This document shows, one piece after another, positions 59,604 to 64,000 of a stretch of DNA of 64,000 bases. How positions within the stretch are numbered: position 1 is the first letter of the stretch; each line of letters starts with the position of its first letter. Where the stretch lies: NCBI GenBank assembly GCA_016649875.1, contig JAENWW010000005.1, positions 12,401-76,400 of the forward strand, written 5' to 3'. The notes below the pieces were generated by a model. The model searched no databases. It had not been told where the DNA came from and saw only the letters and a list, made by a program, of their open reading frames with translations. A program made the translations under genes and the position numbers. This stretch comes from Coriobacteriia bacterium. Its GTDB lineage: Bacteria; Actinomycetota; Coriobacteriia; WRKU01; JAENWW01.

Positions 59604-61193
59604 ATGCGTGTACTGGTTGCAGAGAAAATCGCCGCTCGCGGCATAGAGATTTTACAAGAGAAGTTCGATGTCGATGTCGAACTTTCGCTCACTCATGAAG
59701 AGCTCGTGGAAAAAATCGTCGACTATGATGCATTGATCGTACGTTCCGCCACGCAAGCGACACGCGATGTCATCGCGGCGGGCAAAAACCTCAAGGTGAT
59801 CGGGCGTGCGGGAGTCGGTGTCGACAACGTCGATGTCGCATCTGCCACCGAGCGCGGTATCATCGTGTGCAACGCGCCGACGTCGAATATCGTTTCCGCC
59901 GCAGAGCAGACGATGGCGCTCATGCTCGCCTGTGCTCGCAAAACTCCGCAGGCGAACGCTTCGATGAAAGCGGGCAAGTGGGAGCGCTCCAAGTTCACCG
60001 GTACCGAGCTTTTCGAAAAGACGCTCGCAATCTTTGGCCTCGGTCGTATCGGTTCGCTCATCGCCGAACGCGCGACGGCGTTCGGGATGCGCGTCATCGC
60101 CTATGACCCCTATGCGAGTCAGGCGCGTGCGCAATCGCTCGGCGTCGAACTCATGACGGAGCCGAGGGAGATCATGAAGCAGGCCGATGTCATCACCGTA
60201 CACCTTCCGAAAACCAAAGAAACCATCGGCATGTTTGACGAAAGCAGCTTGGAATACATGCGCGATGGCGTGATCTTGATCAACGCCGCCCGTGGTGGCA
60301 TTTACGAGGAGAAGGCGCTCGTCCAAGGTCTCCGCAGCGGGAAAATCGGTGCCGTGGGAATCGACGTGTGGGAGAAAGAGCCTTGCACCGATTCGCCGTT
60401 GCGCGAGTTCGACAATGCAATCATGACGCCTCACCTCGGAGCCTCGACCAAAGAGGCGCAGGCGCGTGCCGGCATTCAAATCGCCGAGTATGTTTCGCTC
60501 GGTCTCGAAGGACGCATGGTCGCCACCGCGGTCAACGTCACCCCGGTGCCCGCCGACGTCATGGTCAAGGTGCGCCCCTATATCAACCTTGCACAGGATA
60601 TGGGCACCATGGTCGCGCAACTCATCACCGGCGGTATCGAAAAAGTCGAAATCACTTCGGTCGGTCTGCTCTCCGAAATGGACACGCGTATCATCACGAC
60701 CGCCGCTTTGAAGGGGATGCTCTCAAGCGTCACGAGCGATCCGGTCAATTTCGTCAATGCGAACTACTTGGCTGAGGTGCGTGGCATTCAAATCGAAGAG
60801 AAAAAGCGCGCCGATGTTTCCGACTATACCTCGTTGGTCATCCTGGAAGTCACCACTTCGACGGGCACGGTGAAAATCGCCGGTAGCTGCATCGGGAAAA
60901 ACAACGATCCGCGCATCGTGAGCCTGTTCAGCTACGATCTCGACGTCGCACCTTCCGAGCACATGGCGTTCTTCTTGTATCCGGATCGTCCCGGCGTCAT
61001 CGGCAAAGTCGGAACCGTATTGGGCTCGGCCGGCGTCAATGTCGGTCTCATGCAGGTGGGGAGAAGCGAGACCGGCGGACAGGCGCTCATGGCCATCGCC
61101 GTTGACACTCCGCTTTCAGCAGCCATTCTCACCGAACTCACCTCGTCTTCTTCGGGGGAGCCGATGGATGAGGCATGGTACGTACAACTCTAG
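59604..61193 (+). CDS. serA: D-3-phosphoglycerate dehydrogenase (long form, with C-terminal ASB/ACT domains)
   Basis: NAD motif GLGRIGS and catalytic residues; about 530 aa. GGAG RBS before 59604. The ORF is open from 59592. Confidence 0.85.
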   Translation: MRVLVAEKIAARGIEILQEKFDVDVELSLTHEELVEKIVDYDALIVRSATQATRDVIAAGKNLKVIGRAGVGVDNVDVASATERGIIVCNAPTSNIVSAAEQTMALMLACARKTPQANASMKAGKWERSKFTGTELFEKTLAIFGLGRIGSLIAERATAFGMRVIAYDPYASQARAQSLGVELMTEPREIMKQADVITVHLPKTKETIGMFDESSLEYMRDGVILINAARGGIYEEKALVQGLRSGKIGAVGIDVWEKEPCTDSPLREFDNAIMTPHLGASTKEAQARAGIQIAEYVSLGLEGRMVATAVNVTPVPADVMVKVRPYINLAQDMGTMVAQLITGGIEKVEITSVGLLSEMDTRIITTAALKGMLSSVTSDPVNFVNANYLAEVRGIQIEEKKRADVSDYTSLVILEVTTSTGTVKIAGSCIGKNNDPRIVSLFSYDLDVAPSEHMAFFLYPDRPGVIGKVGTVLGSAGVNVGLMQVGRSETGGQALMAIAVDTPLSAAILTELTSSSSGEPMDEAWYVQL

Positions 61194-61999
61194 ATGTCTT
61201 CGTCTTCGTCGATTTCATCTTCGAGGACGTAATCCAATGTCGGGTCGCTCGGCGAGTGATTGCCCCGCGCGAGCACGTAGATCAAAACGCCGATTGCAAG
61301 TGCGAGCAATACGCCCGCGGCGATGATCAAGTAGATGTTGAGCGTACTTTTGCCCGTTTTGGCCGTGGGCGTCGTGTTCGTGCTCGCTATTTTAGTGTTG
61401 CTGATGAACGCCATCTGTGCAAGTTTTTGCTGACCGGCTTTTGCGTCGGTGAATATAGTTCCGTAGAGATTTTTCCCTTCGGCGTTTTGCCCGAGCAAGG
61501 AAATGTCTTTCCCGACGCCCGTATAGTTGTCGGGAGCCGGGGTGATGATGGCCATGCGTTTTACATCGTATGAAGGGATCCAGCCCATACCGTATACGAG
61601 GTGTCCGGTCGAACTGATGGTGAGGGGATCGCTCTTAAACGTCATCCCGAAAGATTTCTTCGAGTCGATCGTAAGGGAGTAGATATCGACGGTCTTTCCC
61701 TTTTTAACGGTGTAGTCGACCTGTGTAGTTTTATTCGGGGCGGCGGCATCGAACGTATAAGCTTTCTTCGCAGTGAAAAAAGTGGGCGCCTGAACTTTGA
61801 CGGTGACGGGGTAGGCTTGGTCGGAGGGCAATTCACCCTTCACGTCGATGAGCACTTTCCCGGTCGTCGCAGAGTCGGCGATGACTTGCAAGTAGTCGAG
61901 TTGCTTAACGGTGTTGGCCGCTCCGGCAATTGAGGCGCCGCCTAATAGTGCCAGACACAGAGCGATGGATGCTGGCAAACGAAGAGTTTTGATTGACAT
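61190..61999 (-). CDS. Secreted, C-terminally TM-anchored hypothetical protein with an acidic tail
   Basis: Signal peptide MSIKTLRLPASIALCLALLGGASIAGA, a C-terminal TM helix IYLIIAAGVLLALAIGVLIYVL and the tail EDEIDEDEDI. It is convergent with serA and overlaps its stop by 4 nt. Confidence 0.6.
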   Translation of the reverse strand: MSIKTLRLPASIALCLALLGGASIAGAANTVKQLDYLQVIADSATTGKVLIDVKGELPSDQAYPVTVKVQAPTFFTAKKAYTFDAAAPNKTTQVDYTVKKGKTVDIYSLTIDSKKSFGMTFKSDPLTISSTGHLVYGMGWIPSYDVKRMAIITPAPDNYTGVGKDISLLGQNAEGKNLYGTIFTDAKAGQQKLAQMAFISNTKIASTNTTPTAKTGKSTLNIYLIIAAGVLLALAIGVLIYVLARGNHSPSDPTLDYVLEDEIDEDEDI

Positions 62000-62083
62000 T
62001 CATTTCCTCCTAAAACCCTTATACTTAAAGCCTGACGGCTGGGCAATCTTACTTATAATACCTTAATGGTTCACAAAAAAATG

Positions 62084-62117
62084 TGTTAATTAAATTGTCG
62101 CCCGATGTGAATTAACA
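62084..62117. promoter_or_regulatory. Perfect 8-bp inverted repeat TGTTAATT-N18-AATTAACA in a 440-nt divergent intergenic region
   Basis: The IR spans 62084-62091 and 62110-62117. A TATAAT hexamer sits at 62052-62057. The region is AT-rich against a GC-rich background. Confidence 0.3.
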
Positions 62118-62440
62118 TGATATATGGGCGATAAGACCGGAAAGCAGAAACTGCGTGTCGACCTCAACGAAAGTCGATAAGGGCCATTTGGTTCTCAACA
62201 CAATTTTCAACACGTTGGCTTCTGCGGATCAACGGCGGTGTGCAGTTTTTATTGGCCGCTCTCGATGGCTTTTGATTGTCTCTGTGAATCCTGTGGAGAA
62301 CGTATGCACGATTCCAAGAAATGAGATGTGGGATTTTTTGGATATGCTACACTCGTTGTGGTATGAAAACCCTCTCGTTTCTGCGCGCGCGAGGGCTGAA
62401 TATGTAAGCCAAGAGGAGTTACTGAAGCGACATCGTAGAA

Positions 62441-63286
62441 ATGTTGGAGGAATGCATGCCAGAGATGAACGAGTCGGTGGTAGTATCGGATACATCACAG
62501 ACACCCCTTGAGACGAAGCCTCGCAAGGAAAAGAAATCACGTAAAGTCAAAAAAGTAAATCCGAAGAGCATATGGAACGACCCGGTGGTCGCATTCATGG
62601 GACTGTTGGTTGTTGCGCTCGTATTGGCGGCGCTTGCTTTTGTAGCGATTGCGCTTATCAGAGGCTATATCGGCTCGACTGCACCGAAATATGCAGATCA
62701 AGCCCTTCTCGTGCGAAGTTCTCAAGATGTCGGTCAGTATAAGGACGATCCGGGACTTTACTACAAATATGTCATGCAGCTCATTGCCAACAAACAATAC
62801 ACGTCGGCACAGGATAAAATCGACAGCGGTCTGAAACAATTCGCTAAAGCCGATGTCTATGATCAGGGCATGATGACGGCGCAGGCCTATCTCTATGCGG
62901 CGAAGGGCGATTTACCCGCCGCGGTAAAGGCGGGAGCGGCTGCCCAAGCCGAGATGACGAAACAGTATGAGATTCTTCTGAAAAGCAGTCAGCAACCGAA
63001 TAGTGCGACGGCTTATGGCATGAGTGACAACTACTATGCCATGCAACTGTTGCTCGGTGGCATCTACGCGCAACAAGGTAAATATCCCGCAGCCATCAAA
63101 GAGTTGAAAGCTTATCTCGCCATCACCAACAACTCGATGCAGTCGGGGGTTTGGATCGATCTCGGGAACGCTTATGCTAAGAACGGCGATACGAGCTTGG
63201 CAGAAAAAGCGTATAAATCCGCACTGGAATATGAGCCTGATAATACTGAGGCGAAAGCGGCATTGGCTAAGTTAGGAGCAAAATAA
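62441..63286 (+). CDS. TPR-repeat protein with an N-terminal TM anchor
   Basis: Basic stretch KEKKSRKVKK, then the TM helix VVAFMGLLVVALVLAALAFVAIALI, then TPR-like repeats (YAKNGDTSLAEKAYKSALEYEPDN). Confidence 0.65.
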   Translation: MLEECMPEMNESVVVSDTSQTPLETKPRKEKKSRKVKKVNPKSIWNDPVVAFMGLLVVALVLAALAFVAIALIRGYIGSTAPKYADQALLVRSSQDVGQYKDDPGLYYKYVMQLIANKQYTSAQDKIDSGLKQFAKADVYDQGMMTAQAYLYAAKGDLPAAVKAGAAAQAEMTKQYEILLKSSQQPNSATAYGMSDNYYAMQLLLGGIYAQQGKYPAAIKELKAYLAITNNSMQSGVWIDLGNAYAKNGDTSLAEKAYKSALEYEPDNTEAKAALAKLGAK

Positions 63287-64000
63287 ATGAGTGAGGACTA
63301 TTCGCAAATTTCGGCGCCGGACTCAGGCGAACAGCAGATCTCGGCTGCTCCCGATGAAAACGAGAATGTAATCGATGAGAAAGTCGTTTCGAGCAAAGGG
63401 CGGAAAATTCTTGCCGTCGCGCTCGTTATCTTGGTGCTGCTCCTCATAGGCATCGGTTTTCTTTTAGTGAAGATGATGCTTCCCAGCGCCGGAGTCAGCA
63501 AGGATACCGGCGGGGTGACATGGATTCGCTCCCTCTACGGATTCGGTGACAAGTACGGCGAATTGATCAACCCGAACAGCGTCGTCGTCGATCCTGCCGA
63601 TGGAACGTTTTGGATGACGGATCCCTCTTTCATCCGTCTGGTCAACGTTCGTATGGACGGGTCGCTTGTAAAGATTATCGGCAAGAAAGCCACCCAAAAG
63701 GGGGCATTTCGTAACCCGTCGGATATGGCGATCGGCAATGACGGTCTGATCTATGTCATTGAATCGACGTACGATGTCGTGCGTGTGTTCGATAAAACCG
63801 GCAACGAAAAAGGATCGTTCACCGTTCCGAGTCCTTTGAGTATCGCGGTCAGCGACAACTATATCGTCGTGGGAGCCAACTCCGGTTTCGTCATTATGGA
63901 TAAAAATGCGAACGTACTGCATTTGATAGGTACCAACGGCAAAGGAACCGACCAGTTCGATAAGATCAACGGAGTTGCCATCGATGGCGCCGACAACATT
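63287..64000 (+). CDS. NHL-repeat beta-propeller protein with an N-terminal TM anchor. It is cut off by the window end.
   Basis: TM helix ILAVALVILVLLLIGIGFLLV followed by NHL-like blades (NPNSVVVDPADGTFWMTD, FRNPSDMAIGNDGLIYV, ...). It has no stop within the window. Confidence 0.7.
   Translation, partial: MSEDYSQISAPDSGEQQISAAPDENENVIDEKVVSSKGRKILAVALVILVLLLIGIGFLLVKMMLPSAGVSKDTGGVTWIRSLYGFGDKYGELINPNSVVVDPADGTFWMTDPSFIRLVNVRMDGSLVKIIGKKATQKGAFRNPSDMAIGNDGLIYVIESTYDVVRVFDKTGNEKGSFTVPSPLSIAVSDNYIVVGANSGFVIMDKNANVLHLIGTNGKGTDQFDKINGVAIDGADNI

Noticed and set aside
62155-62511. A 118-aa ORF in the divergent intergenic region upstream of the TPR gene
   Set aside because: It overlaps the TPR gene start, has no RBS or family resemblance, and sits in the AT-rich promoter region. 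It is probably spurious.

Overview
This is a 64 kb high-GC (about 60% in sampled lines) bacterial chromosomal segment with compact, mostly co-directional operons. The gene content suggests an anaerobic Gram-positive organism, possibly Actinobacteria/Coriobacteriia-like; that is a guess from content only. The first ~4.4 kb is visibly lower in GC (about 43-50% in sampled lines) and carries an accessory island: a DinJ/RelB-like antitoxin with a RhuM-Fic/DOC fusion toxin, an AbiEi-like gene with no AbiEii partner, a RelB/RelE pair and a class II Fic AMPylase. The rest is housekeeping. In order: a nitroreductase, a membrane-anchored 5'-nucleotidase, a cupin, DoxX, a standalone HEPN-like protein with a PKQQ-rich repeat linker, pcrA, a CBS-type Mn-pyrophosphatase, PAP2, a PhoR/PhoB-like two-component pair divergent from pstSCAB, nhaA, thrC divergent from an apgM-like metalloenzyme, an Isf-like flavoprotein, a structured leader upstream of a membrane-protein/metH/metV/metF operon, lpdA-ligA-CPBP protease, gatC-gatA-(PASTA membrane protein)-gatB, pncB-pncA, a second Isf-like flavoprotein, a GarR-like dehydrogenase, rlmKL, an M20 peptidase, a leu cluster (short LeuA/CimA-like synthase, leuCD, an unknown gene, leuB), two envelope genes (Wzy_C-like, nucleotide-sugar dehydrogenase), ilvBNC, a class V aminotransferase with serA, and a cluster of secreted/TM-anchored TPR and NHL proteins. 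I found no rRNA, tRNA, CRISPR array, integrase or transposase. The most interesting items are the TA/Fic island with its non-canonical module pairings, the HEPN-like repeat protein, the candidate riboswitch-like leader before the met operon, the PASTA protein inside gatCAB, and unknown genes embedded in the thr/leu/ilv biosynthetic clusters.
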